A program made the translations under genes and the position numbers. A DNA stretch of 64,000 bases from a virus, in UHGV virus genome UHGV-1358930. One strand, given 5' to 3'. Shown one piece after another: positions 29,937 to 39,983 of the stretch. Within the stretch, counting starts at the first letter, position 1. Every line of letters starts with the position of its first letter. Below the pieces are notes generated by a model. It did not search any database and was not told the origin of the DNA. It worked only from the letters and a program-made list of their open reading frames with translations.

Positions 29937-31433
29937 GTACTTTACGGACGTTCTATTCCTTCAATTGCTGATCAGTTATATGGCAAACGAGACGATATGA
30001 CAGGTGAGCAGAAACTAAAAGCAGCTCAGAAGGTGTTTGACGCAGTTATGGGAGCTTTTCCTGGACTGAAAAATCTAATGATCGGGTCTCAAGATTTTGC
30101 AAGAAAGCACGGATATACGGAAACAATTTTAGGTAGAAGACGACATATTCCAGATATGCAGCTGCCTGAATTTGAATTTAAGGCGATGAAAGGATATGTT
30201 AATCCTGATATTGACCCGACAGATATCACTACGCTGGAAAACAAAGATGAGATCCCCGAAAGAATTGTAAACGAGCTTTACAAAGAATTTAAAACGTACA
30301 AATACTACGGTCAAATCGCAAAGCGTACAAAGCAGCTATATGAAGAAGATCATATTAGGGTGATAAATAATAGACCTAAGATAAATGATGCAACTCGTCA
30401 GTGTGTTAACTGTGTTGACTTCGATACTGAGATACTAACAACAGACGGATTCAAAAGATATGACGAGGTATCTATAGGCTACACGATTATTTCATATAAC
30501 TTAGCTAAAGACTGCTTAGAGGAAGATGCCATTGAAGGTATTCATATCGATGATAGAGATGTTAAGGGATATGAATTCAATGCGCCGGAGCTATCTTGCG
30601 TATGCACAGATAATCACAGATGGGTTATTCAAGATACTCTGTATGAACACCCTGAAATCGTGACAGCTGAAGAATACGTCTGTGATTATGGTTGTCTATT
30701 CCCGATTTTAGCATCCGCTGGATCTGAATTACCTGGATCGTTTGGAGAATATTCTCAAGCAGAGTTCGGTGTATTAGCATATCTACTTTACTACAATGCA
30801 ATCAGGTTAATTGAAAACGGTACTACGTGGCTAACATTCAAGTGGAATAGCCCTAATCAGAAATCGTTTGATTCACTTATTCAGTTTCTTCGTAGCACAA
30901 AGTTTGATTATCAGATAAGTAGCACAGGTGATCCAGTATGCACAGAAGTAAAGATTGCATACAATACATTTTTATTCGATGTGTATACTAGCCTCAAGGG
31001 CAACAAACTAACCAATGAGTTTGTAAGCTTATTATCCGGTGAGCAAGCTTCTCAGCTTTGGTGGACATTTGCATACCTGAAAAATCCGGATTTAAAGCTA
31101 GATGAGAATATTTCAATTGTTTTTGACAGCTTGTCTGACGCAGATGTATTTCAGCATCTCTGCTATCGAGCAGGACATTTTAGCAGATGCATTCCGCTAA
31201 AGGATATGATTGATGCGGTAGATGAGCCACACATTGAAGACAGAATTCAGGAGCCTTCTAACAATCAATATGTAGTTACTACATATCAGCATAACACTGT
31301 CAATATGTGGGACAAGCGATATGTAAAACGAACAACATTACACGGCTGCTGGTGCGTAACTACTAACAACGGAACATGGGTTGCTAGACGAAATGGTTCT
31401 GTATTTCTCACAGGCAACTCTATTATTCAGGGT
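29937..31433 (+). CDS. polA: polA exon 3 ('VLYGRSIPSIADQLYGK...' motif B continuation, fingers/palm) containing an intein; ends 'NSIIQG'
   Basis: 'RRHIPDM' like PolA 'GRRRYVPD'; 'TRQCVN|..|SIIQG' = ERMAFNMPVQG motif. Confidence 0.65.
30412..31418 (+). mobile_element. Intein (~335 aa) in polA between '...RQCVN' and 'SIIQG' (coordinates +/- 2 nt)
   Basis: Starts 'CVDFDTEILTTDG' (block A), block B 'CTDNHRW', ends 'VFLTGN|S'; removal restores N(S)IIQG(S)AAE motif. Confidence 0.6.
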
Positions 31434-31791
31434 AGATACTTGCTGCCCTTATCTATCTAACCTTATTGCTCAAGGGTGTGCTCATATATTTGAGTGCTAA
31501 CGGTATCAGTGACATAAGACTGCTTCACGAAGCGAGAGAGATGTGAAGCTCTTCTACTAGTAGAAGATCCATAGACGAATCAGCTGACTAAGAAAGCCTA
31601 AGGTCTAATTATTCAATTAGATAGCTGGTAATACCGTGTCAAGTGCACCTTATACAGGGTGTAAAGATGTATCGACTAGCTCGCGTTGTTGCGAGGGTAG
31701 GTCTGAAGACGAGCTGCAGACTGAAATGGTAGACTGCAATTATTTTGCAGAAGATATAGTCAGGTTGTATGGAAACATGCATTGCTGCACG
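31434..31791 (+). mobile_element. Group I intron 4 in polA, ORF-less (~358 nt), splitting 'QG|SAAE'
   Basis: GC-richer structured segment; S element AAGATATAGTCAGG at 31751-64; exon ends in U, intron ends in G. Confidence 0.55.
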
Positions 31792-32301
31792 AGCGCGGCG
31801 GAACTTACAAAGATGGCTATTTTGAAGCTTGAGAACAACAAGGAATGGCAGAGAATTGGAGGAAGATTACTGGTACCTATCCACGATGAATTGCTGACAG
31901 AAGTCCCTGCACGTTATGCTGAGGAGGGTGCAAAAATCCTATCGGATTCAATGTGTGGAGCTGCAGATTTCATGCCGTTTCCAATTACATGTGACGTTGA
32001 GACTACTTATCGATGGTATGGTATGGCATATCCTTGTCCTTACAAGAAACCGAATTCTATCGACACGAATGATGAAGATGAGATAAAGTGGATTCAGTAT
32101 CATCTAAGAGAATCCGAATACCTGCTGCCAGTACTGAAGGACGAAAACGGTGAAAAACCTAGAGGTGATGCAGCCAAGGGTGTAAACGGTGTTAGAACCC
32201 CTGAAATGGAATCTGCTATTGAAGATTATATTAAATCTCGACATATTTTAAAAGAAGATTTCATTGATACTATTGATCGAGAGGTTGACATCGGCGGATA
32301 G
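31792..32301 (+). CDS. polA: polA exon 4 ('SAAELTKMAILKL...VPIHDELLTEVP' motif C)
   Basis: Matches PolA 'TAADLMKLAM...VHDELVLE'. Confidence 0.7.
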   Translation, partial: SAAELTKMAILKLENNKEWQRIGGRLLVPIHDELLTEVPARYAEEGAKILSDSMCGAADFMPFPITCDVETTYRWYGMAYPCPYKKPNSIDTNDEDEIKWIQYHLRESEYLLPVLKDENGEKPRGDAAKGVNGVRTPEMESAIEDYIKSRHILKEDFIDTIDREVDIGG

Positions 32302-32390
32302 TGAATGTACATTTACAACTATCAAGTAATATAGTGTAGATCAAATCGTTAAATATCTTACACAATCTCAAAAACAAGGAGAATACTAAC

Positions 32391-33518
32391 ATGAAATTTA
32401 CTGTAAGCACAAAACCGTTTTCAGAAGGTTTGAACCTCGCAATTGTCAACTCCAATGTATCTAAGTTCAGCCAGAAAAGTAACATTGCTCAGGTGACTGT
32501 AAAGAATGGTATGCTTGTCGTGAATCTTGAATGCGACAATGTCAAGACAGAAATTAGATTTAAAGGTGGAGTAACAGAAGAAAACAGCAGCATTGCAACT
32601 GTAAGCTGCCTGGTCTTGAAGCAGCTTGTGTCTACATTCGACTCTGCTGTAACTGTTGTAGAATTTGATGAGAACGGACTTATTTTAGTTTCTGGTAGGT
32701 CAAGATTTGTATTGCCTGATATCATCAAAAATACGGACATGGAACTAGACAAACCAGATATGGATTTGACACATCTTGTATCTAATCCGGTTCCGATTAA
32801 CAAAACAAACTGGAAGTTTGTTGATGATCATCAGATGTTTGCCCTTAGCATGTCATTTGTAAATCCGATCTATACGAGATGCTGGGTAGGAGCTGATTCA
32901 GATGTACTCGTAGGCGACATGGATAACAGTATCTTCACACACTCTAACAAGGGAACTTTGGGTGAAACTTGCTTGCTTAGGCCTGATATCATCAACATGT
33001 TTGTAGCATTGCCAGAGGGTGCTACTATTGGAAAACTTTCCAACAGCTACATTGTGCATACCAATACAGACGCATATGACATCTATTCTGAAGTAGTACC
33101 AGAATATGAAGATGATCCAGCTTTCGGCAGTTATAATTCTGAAATCATTATGGATATGATGCAGAAAGATATGGACAATGCTATCAAAGTGAATACATCC
33201 TCTATTCTTAAGGCAATCAATCAGTCAGATTTGTTGTCTACTGAAGATAAGTCTAGTAAAGCACTTTTCATCGATGTAGATGGTTCTGTGCTTACTGTAG
33301 CTGATGACAATGTTGACTGTAAAGTAGACGTAGAAGGTAATCCGGCTATCAAATACAATATCAAGATGAAAGCACCTAACTTCAAGTCTGCGATTTCTAA
33401 CATTGATAGTGACTCTGTATATATTTCCCCTGTCACTAATGATGAGAGTGAAGAGCTTGTAGGATTGATGATGTGGACAGATAACATGTCTATTCTAATT
33501 GCAGGAGCTGATCAGTAA
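32391..33518 (+). CDS. dnaN: DNA polymerase III beta sliding clamp (DnaN-like)
   Basis: 'MKFTVSTKPF..' DnaN-like N-term; 'LVSGRSRFVLPDI' matches DnaN 'LVRSGRSRFSLSTLP'; 375 aa. Confidence 0.65.
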   Translation: MKFTVSTKPFSEGLNLAIVNSNVSKFSQKSNIAQVTVKNGMLVVNLECDNVKTEIRFKGGVTEENSSIATVSCLVLKQLVSTFDSAVTVVEFDENGLILVSGRSRFVLPDIIKNTDMELDKPDMDLTHLVSNPVPINKTNWKFVDDHQMFALSMSFVNPIYTRCWVGADSDVLVGDMDNSIFTHSNKGTLGETCLLRPDIINMFVALPEGATIGKLSNSYIVHTNTDAYDIYSEVVPEYEDDPAFGSYNSEIIMDMMQKDMDNAIKVNTSSILKAINQSDLLSTEDKSSKALFIDVDGSVLTVADDNVDCKVDVEGNPAIKYNIKMKAPNFKSAISNIDSDSVYISPVTNDESEELVGLMMWTDNMSILIAGADQ

Positions 33519-34294
33519 TGGCGTTTAGGTCAGCAGTTGCTATTCGTGCGTCTAGATTTAATTCTGCTACAAGCTGTAATTTTCTTGAGGATTATGAGGA
33601 ATATATAGAGAAGAAATCCGAATGTAGAAATATCGAGACTCCTAGTAAAACTTTTGCACCTTCATCTTTTAGATGTATGCGAAAAAGCTGGTTCAGACTT
33701 AGAGGAGTCGATCCAGACAAAGATAGAAAAGCTGATGTAATGTTAGATTTCGCTGCTGATATGGGAACTGCGTGCCATAGAATGATTCAGTCAAATCTTT
33801 CTGACATGCTCAAAGAGAATTGGGTGCCTGTTGAGAAATTCTTGGCAGACACTCATAATCCTCATCAGTATCAATTAACTACATCTGAAGACAGCTTAGA
33901 GACAAAAGTCGAATTTTTTGATATTCCTATCAGATTTGCAGTTGACGGTATACTCAGATTAAACAACGAATATTATCTCTTAGAAATAAAAACAAGCGAA
34001 TTTTTGTCATTTAGTAATTTGACGCAGTGGAAATCTGAGCACGAAGACCAAGTTAAATGCTACATGACTTTGTTAAGGCTGAAACATTGTTTGTTCCTAT
34101 ATCAGGATAGGCAGTATGGTCAGCTAAAGTGCTATGAGCTTACTCTATCTGACAGAGATAAAAAAGACGTAGAAGACAAATTTAAAACTGTGATGAGGTG
34201 TGTTGAAACATGTATTGCTCCAGAACGTCTCCCAAAGGGAGATAAATGGTGCTCTATGTGTGAATACAAGAAATCATGTGACAGCTGGGGGTGA
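33518..34294 (+). CDS. PD-(D/E)xK exonuclease (Cas4/RecB-like) with C-terminal 4-Cys cluster
   Basis: 'DGILRL...YYLLEIKTS' D..EIK motif; 'C..ER...WCSMCEYKKSC' Cys cluster. Confidence 0.55.
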   Translation: MAFRSAVAIRASRFNSATSCNFLEDYEEYIEKKSECRNIETPSKTFAPSSFRCMRKSWFRLRGVDPDKDRKADVMLDFAADMGTACHRMIQSNLSDMLKENWVPVEKFLADTHNPHQYQLTTSEDSLETKVEFFDIPIRFAVDGILRLNNEYYLLEIKTSEFLSFSNLTQWKSEHEDQVKCYMTLLRLKHCLFLYQDRQYGQLKCYELTLSDRDKKDVEDKFKTVMRCVETCIAPERLPKGDKWCSMCEYKKSCDSWG

Positions 34295-35313
34295 AGATAT
34301 TGCCATCATTAGCAGTAAAGTATAGACCAGCAACATTTTCAGATTTAACTGAACAATCTACTATATGCGAGATACTTGAAAACATAACGAATTTTGATCC
34401 AATTCCGGTACGCAATTTCTTATTTGTAGGTCCCAGCGGGACGGGAAAGACGACGCTCGGGCGAGCATTAGCTCATAAACTAAATCATAATGATTCAAAT
34501 ATCATTGAAGTAGACGCAGCGTCTAACAATGGTGTAGATAGTGTTCGTCAGCTCATTTCTCAGATGCAAACATATCCAGTAGGAAGTAAGTATAAAATTT
34601 TTATACTTGACGAGTGCCACGCATTTAGTCAAGCAGCCTGGCAGATATTTTTGAAAGTCCTAGAAGATGTACCAGCAAACACTATCAACGTATTTTGTAC
34701 GACCAATCCGGAAAAAATTCCCGCAACTATACTATCACGTGTACAAACATTTCAGCTATCTAAGATAAGCTTATCTGGTATCACTAACCGTCTTAAGTAT
34801 GTACTAGATAGCGAAATATCTGAAGGTAAGGATATCCGATATGATATGGACGCAGTAGGATATATCGCAAAGCTTGCAAACGGCGGTATGAGAGATGCAT
34901 TAACGTTGTTAGACAAGGCTCTGACATACAGCAATGATATATCGCTAGAAAATATTTCAAAGTCTTTGAATATTCCAAATTACGATGATTATTTTGAGTT
35001 ATTGAATGCGTGTGCAAAGAAGGACAACGTCAACATTACACGGATTGTAAACAACGTATATAATTCTGGTGTAAATTTTGTCAGCTGGTTCACTGGATTT
35101 CATTCGTTCATTATCAACATAATGAAATACATCTTTCTACAGGACATCAAAGAAACAATGATACCTTCGTACTACGAAGATAAGATCTCGAAGTATAGTA
35201 TCAAACATTCTGCTGTATGTCTTAAGCTTGCAAGCAAAGTGTTGAAAATGAACAACGAATTGAAGACAGCTGTATATCTACAAGAAGTTGCTCTAACATA
35301 TCTTTGCTCTTGA
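34291..35313 (+). CDS. dnaX: Clamp loader ATPase (DnaX tau/gamma-like AAA+)
   Basis: Walker A 'VGPSGTGKTTLG', Walker B 'FILDECH', sensor 'TILSRVQTF' (SRC-like). Confidence 0.6.
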   Translation: MKILPSLAVKYRPATFSDLTEQSTICEILENITNFDPIPVRNFLFVGPSGTGKTTLGRALAHKLNHNDSNIIEVDAASNNGVDSVRQLISQMQTYPVGSKYKIFILDECHAFSQAAWQIFLKVLEDVPANTINVFCTTNPEKIPATILSRVQTFQLSKISLSGITNRLKYVLDSEISEGKDIRYDMDAVGYIAKLANGGMRDALTLLDKALTYSNDISLENISKSLNIPNYDDYFELLNACAKKDNVNITRIVNNVYNSGVNFVSWFTGFHSFIINIMKYIFLQDIKETMIPSYYEDKISKYSIKHSAVCLKLASKVLKMNNELKTAVYLQEVALTYLCS

Positions 35314-35329
35314 GGTGATGAGGTGAACT

Positions 35330-35884
35330 ATGAATTTATCTGATGTACAGAATCAATTTTCGTCTGAATTAAATAGCATGGAAACATGGTGCAAAGAACT
35401 ATACGATACAATGTTTTCTATGTACTTCAAAGATCATAGGATGCTTGCAAGCAAACTTAGATCTCAGACTACTCCAATTTCTGATGAGCAGTTAGAGTGG
35501 ATACTTACGCAAGTTCCATTAAATCTGTTTGACGCTTCAGAGAAGCTGTCTACATTGAGAACTAGATATGAAGTTATTCGACTTTCATCTAAAGAAAAGG
35601 AGTACGAAGCATACAAGCAGTCTGAAGAGTCTACAGAATCTAAACGAAGAGAAGCAGCTGCAGTAGCTACTACGGAAGATAAGATATTGCTAGTTGCGTT
35701 AGAAAATATCCTTAATCGTGTAGACAAGGAGATGTCATACTCGAGAGAGTTAATAATGTCAGCAAAGAAAATCTATGACGGACGCAAACAGACTGAACGG
35801 TCTAACCCTGTGTCAGAAGTACCTACAAAGACAGATGATTTACCGGAATACTATTCAGAAACAATGTCCGGCAGATATGCGTGA
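35330..35884 (+). CDS. Hypothetical protein (184 aa)
   Basis: ORF with SD GAGGTGA. Confidence 0.4.
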   Translation: MNLSDVQNQFSSELNSMETWCKELYDTMFSMYFKDHRMLASKLRSQTTPISDEQLEWILTQVPLNLFDASEKLSTLRTRYEVIRLSSKEKEYEAYKQSEESTESKRREAAAVATTEDKILLVALENILNRVDKEMSYSRELIMSAKKIYDGRKQTERSNPVSEVPTKTDDLPEYYSETMSGRYA

Positions 35885-35892
35885 GGTGAAAC

Positions 35893-37059
35893 ATGTCAGC
35901 ATACGACGACATCATAAACAGAAAAAAGAAGGAATGGGCAGCCGAAGATTTGATGGAAGGAGCCAAGCATTCTAGAGGAAAGAAAATTCCGTTTTCTTCA
36001 CCTTTGATGAACTGGGCTACATACGGAGGCATTCCAAGAGATAAAATTACGGAATTCTTTGGTGAGCCGTCAGGGGGTAAGTCGACTTCGGCTGTAGACA
36101 TTTGCAAGAATGCTTATCCTATCTTCAAAGAAGAGTATGAAGCTAGAATGAATGAGCTACGTGACATTGCAAAGACTGGAAACAAATCCGCAGCAAGCGA
36201 GCTAGAAGATTTAGAGGAAACCGGACCGAAGAAAATCCTATACATTGACCTAGAACATTCATTTGATAGCGCATGGGCAGACACAATCGGTATAAAACCA
36301 GATGAAATTGAAATCATGCAGCCGCCAGATGTTGTCGCAGAGGACATTCTCCAGACTGTTCAAGATTTGATAAGTACTGGAGAAGTCGGACTAGTTGTAC
36401 TTGATTCTATTCCATCGCTTGTACCTAGAGCTGAACTAGAGAAGAAATATGGAGAACGAACTGTAGCATCACTGGCTGGATTGCTAACTATTTTCTTTAG
36501 AAAGATTGTTCCTATGTTAACTCGATATGGGTGCACACTCATTTTTATCAATCAGATTCGTCAGAACATGGATAATCCATATGTAGTAAAGACTCCAGGA
36601 GGCGAAGCTCCTAAGTTCTATGCGTCTCTTCGTATCTTGTTCCAAATTGGACAGCCTGTTGACTTCTTAGGGAACGAACTTCCAAAGAGTTCGGAAAACC
36701 CAGCTGGATACATTGTAAATGCAAAGATATCTAAGCAGAAAAGCGCACCGAACGATCGTCGAAATGCTTCATATTTCTTGATGTGTCAATCTGGTATCCG
36801 AGAAGATATGGACTTTGCGAATCTTGCTATGAAGAAGTACGGCATCATTCGCAAAGGAGGTGCTTGGTTTGGTTTTGTCGATCCATATACTGGTGAAGCT
36901 CTTGAAGAAGACGGCAAGATTGTAAAAGTAAACGGTATGACAAAAGTTTATGAGTACTTAAAGAGTAATCAAGCTTACTATCAGAAATTAAAGAAATATA
37001 TCATTGATGATATAAACGGGACAGACGAAGCAGTGTCTCGAGAATCTGATTTAATTTAA
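35893..37059 (+). CDS. recA: RecA-family recombinase
   Basis: Walker A 'FGEPSGGKSTSA' in RecA position; 'LVVLDSIPSLVP' Walker B region; 388 aa. Confidence 0.6.
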   Translation: MSAYDDIINRKKKEWAAEDLMEGAKHSRGKKIPFSSPLMNWATYGGIPRDKITEFFGEPSGGKSTSAVDICKNAYPIFKEEYEARMNELRDIAKTGNKSAASELEDLEETGPKKILYIDLEHSFDSAWADTIGIKPDEIEIMQPPDVVAEDILQTVQDLISTGEVGLVVLDSIPSLVPRAELEKKYGERTVASLAGLLTIFFRKIVPMLTRYGCTLIFINQIRQNMDNPYVVKTPGGEAPKFYASLRILFQIGQPVDFLGNELPKSSENPAGYIVNAKISKQKSAPNDRRNASYFLMCQSGIREDMDFANLAMKKYGIIRKGGAWFGFVDPYTGEALEEDGKIVKVNGMTKVYEYLKSNQAYYQKLKKYIIDDINGTDEAVSRESDLI

Positions 37060-37117
37060 TCAACATAGCGCTCATCCGTGGGCGCTATAATTATATTATA
37101 AGATGAGGTGATGCTTA

Positions 37118-37630
37118 ATGAGCACTAAAGACTTCTCTAATATACAAGAAACCACTATTGCAAAATACTTGAATTGGTCGACTGTATCTGGTAGTGGAGC
37201 TACACCTTTTCATAAAGGAGACGTGTATTCCAGTACATGGTTAGGTGAGTGTAAGACTCGTATGAAATCCTCTAAAACAATCGTAGTTTATATGTCGCAC
37301 CTAATTAAGATATCAAATGAGGCGATGTTTGATAGGAAGAAATCTGTACTGTTTGTAGATGATGGAAGCCAATTATTGCCGTTTACCTGGGCAGTGTTCT
37401 ATCCTCAGTCAATATTTCCAATATCTAACTCTATCTGTTGCATTAAAGTGAACGATAAATTGAATATAAATGAAAAGACTGTTACTTTTGAGCACATCAA
37501 GCTGAAATCGTTATATGAAACATTGATCAAAAAATTTAAGCATGTTGTATTTGTACTAGATTGGAAAGCTAAACAAATCTGTCTGGCTCCTATATCAGAG
37601 TTCAAATACATATCTGAGGTAATGCAATGA
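37118..37630 (+). CDS. Hypothetical protein, possible PD-(D/E)xK nuclease/resolvase-like
   Basis: 'GDVYSSTWLGECK' D...ExK-like motif. Confidence 0.25.
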   Translation: MSTKDFSNIQETTIAKYLNWSTVSGSGATPFHKGDVYSSTWLGECKTRMKSSKTIVVYMSHLIKISNEAMFDRKKSVLFVDDGSQLLPFTWAVFYPQSIFPISNSICCIKVNDKLNINEKTVTFEHIKLKSLYETLIKKFKHVVFVLDWKAKQICLAPISEFKYISEVMQ

Positions 37631-38544
37631 AATCTATTCAAGATGCGGGAAAAGAAATACTGTCAAAACATCCATGCAAATTCTATGTATTTATAGGAGA
37701 AGAGTATGGAATAAAACAAAGATACTTAGACATATTGTCTACAGTATACGCTAGAACCATAACATATGAACATGTATCTGATATCATTGCGATGTGTCAA
37801 ACAAAACGAATTATACCTTTACCTCCTACCTTGTATGTTGTTCGATACGATGAAGAGTATGTAAAATCGCTGAATGACAAATCAGAGCTTCAGATGAAAA
37901 AATTGAATTTACCTGGAACACTTGTTTTGATCTACGAAGATAAAAAACAAAGCGATAAGCTCGAAAAATATTTACCTTCATATACAACATCTATTGATAA
38001 AGTAGATATTAAGTTCATGATAAAGTATCTAAGGCAAGATTATCCAAATCTCTCGGAAAACGTCTGTAAGTATATATGTGATGTATGCAACACTTATGGT
38101 CAAGCTAACATGTTTGCAAAATGTTTATCAGCATTACCTAGTAGTCGGCTATCTGCACTATCTAAATCTAATGTGCAAAGCATAGTTGGATATTCCGCAC
38201 AGTCTACAGATAGTTTAGTGAAAGCGGGGGTAGCTGCTAGAGATGTTTCGTATCTTCTTAAGATTATAGATATCTATGAAGGAGATTACAATAATATATT
38301 CTACGATATATTATCTACTATGATTGATCTAGATAAGCTTAAGACTAACCCGTATTACGACTGTGAAGCAAAGCCATATAGCAAAGGTTGGCCAGGACCG
38401 GATATTTACAACATGTTTGTGCTAACTTATGATACACTAAAGATCTCTAGGAGTTACGGCCAAGTTGATACAAAAGAACTGATCACATCATTGATATCAA
38501 ACTTGGCGTTCAGCACTATTCCTAGTTCCGGGAGGTACGCATGA
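37627..38544 (+). CDS. Putative clamp-loader delta-like subunit
   Basis: Size/position between dnaX and delta'-like AAA+ gene; no strong motif. Confidence 0.25.
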   Translation: MKSIQDAGKEILSKHPCKFYVFIGEEYGIKQRYLDILSTVYARTITYEHVSDIIAMCQTKRIIPLPPTLYVVRYDEEYVKSLNDKSELQMKKLNLPGTLVLIYEDKKQSDKLEKYLPSYTTSIDKVDIKFMIKYLRQDYPNLSENVCKYICDVCNTYGQANMFAKCLSALPSSRLSALSKSNVQSIVGYSAQSTDSLVKAGVAARDVSYLLKIIDIYEGDYNNIFYDILSTMIDLDKLKTNPYYDCEAKPYSKGWPGPDIYNMFVLTYDTLKISRSYGQVDTKELITSLISNLAFSTIPSSGRYA

Positions 38545-39323
38545 TTTTTCAGAGTCAGAAGTCTCAGCTTACTCAGTTATCAGAATTCTCTAAGTCCAAA
38601 TGTCATAGCATTTTGATTCATGGGCCTAAAGGTTCAGGAAAGACATATTTGGCCAAACAATACGCAGATATGCTCCGTGTACCAAACTTTCAAATAATCA
38701 AATGCGATGTGGCGACTATACGAGAAACAATAGATAGTTGCATCTCTCTGAAGTCTGATGTTGTCTTATGCTTAGAAAATCTGGATACTGCTGTTCTTGT
38801 TGCGTCTTACACAATATTGAAATTTTTGGAAGAACCTCTGCCAAATGTATATATTGTAGTAACTTGCCGAAATATCGAACAAGTTCCAGATACTATACTG
38901 AGCAGATCTGTGGTAGTAACATGTAGCTGTCCTACCGATTCAGATATTGAACAGTACGCAGAATCCGAAAACTTAGCTAAGTTCTCTACAATAAAACATA
39001 CAGACATTTGGAGAGCTGTCAAGTCTTTTTCCGATGCTAAGTTAGTACTTGGTATGTCTTCAGATCAGATTAACTATTTCTGCCAGATAGATTCGTTGAT
39101 GAAGTTCCAAGACTCTGTGTCTAATATCGTCTGGGCGCTAGGACATTACTCAGATAATACTGAAACGCCTATCCAATTTGTGCTACAATACATCATGACG
39201 AAAACATCTTCTAAAACAATAAAGCAAGCGGCGATGGCTTGTATCCGAGATCTAGCTCTAAGTAAAGTGTCAGCACACGCTGCTTTATCTCGGTTTGCAT
39301 TTGAGGCCAAATATGTCGAATAA
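38541..39323 (+). CDS. Clamp-loader delta'-like AAA+ protein
   Basis: 'HGPKGSGKTYLA' P-loop; 260 aa. Confidence 0.4.
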   Translation: MIFQSQKSQLTQLSEFSKSKCHSILIHGPKGSGKTYLAKQYADMLRVPNFQIIKCDVATIRETIDSCISLKSDVVLCLENLDTAVLVASYTILKFLEEPLPNVYIVVTCRNIEQVPDTILSRSVVVTCSCPTDSDIEQYAESENLAKFSTIKHTDIWRAVKSFSDAKLVLGMSSDQINYFCQIDSLMKFQDSVSNIVWALGHYSDNTETPIQFVLQYIMTKTSSKTIKQAAMACIRDLALSKVSAHAALSRFAFEAKYVE

Positions 39324-39816
39324 TATTCAATACAAGTCAATAAATGGTTCAGACTACTACGCATGCACCGATGGACATATTTATTTCAAATATGGACTAA
39401 CTGGTGGATATAGCAAGCTATATGAACGACTCCATCCTGATGGTTATCTCGAAGTAGCTAAACCATTTTACGCTAAAGGTAGAAACTATGTTCACAGAGT
39501 GATTGCAATTACATTTTTAGGGTATCCTAAAGATTATTATGATAAACACTACGTAGTAGATCACATTGACGGAAATCGTCTAAACAACAAACTAGATAAT
39601 TTGGAGTGGATAACGCAAGCTGAAAATGTTAGACGCGCTAAATCACGAAGACATAAGAACATGAGTGTGATGTGTATCGAAGATGACAAACAGTTCGATA
39701 CAATCTCAAAAGCTGCTAACTACTATAATATCCGATACTACAGTATCTACGGATCGTGTATCACTGGAAGACCAATTCACGGAAAGACTTTCAGGTTTGT
39801 TTCAAAAATAATTTGA
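39295..39816 (+). CDS. Free-standing HNH homing endonuclease (NUMOD4 + HNH_3)
   Basis: 'YVVDHIDGNRLNNKLDNLEWITQAENV' HNH. Confidence 0.7.
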   Translation: MHLRPNMSNNIQYKSINGSDYYACTDGHIYFKYGLTGGYSKLYERLHPDGYLEVAKPFYAKGRNYVHRVIAITFLGYPKDYYDKHYVVDHIDGNRLNNKLDNLEWITQAENVRRAKSRRHKNMSVMCIEDDKQFDTISKAANYYNIRYYSIYGSCITGRPIHGKTFRFVSKII

Positions 39817-39983
39817 TGTAGGTGTTCAACCTTTTTAGCATAGTGCACTACCGGTGAAAACATACAAAATTCTATTTACAGAATACCTTAGAATCGTTAA
39901 ATATATCAGCGGTAGAATATCACAGACAAGCAATGTAAAAAATATTTTCGTTGGACTAGAGCAAAAATTATGGAGGTTCCAAG

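Noticed and set aside
30355-30365. Apparent 1-nt frame inconsistency (run of four G at 30358-30361) versus the ORF-track translation 'HIRVINN'
   Set aside because: Most likely my own reading error of the printed sequence. The ORF track is internally consistent at both ends, so I kept the single continuous exon 3 and flagged intein coordinates as +/- 2 nt.
31636-31791. N-terminal 52 aa of ORF 31636..32301
   Set aside because: This lies within group I intron 4, carries the S element, and has no PolA similarity. The true exon 4 begins at about 31792 (SAAEL...).
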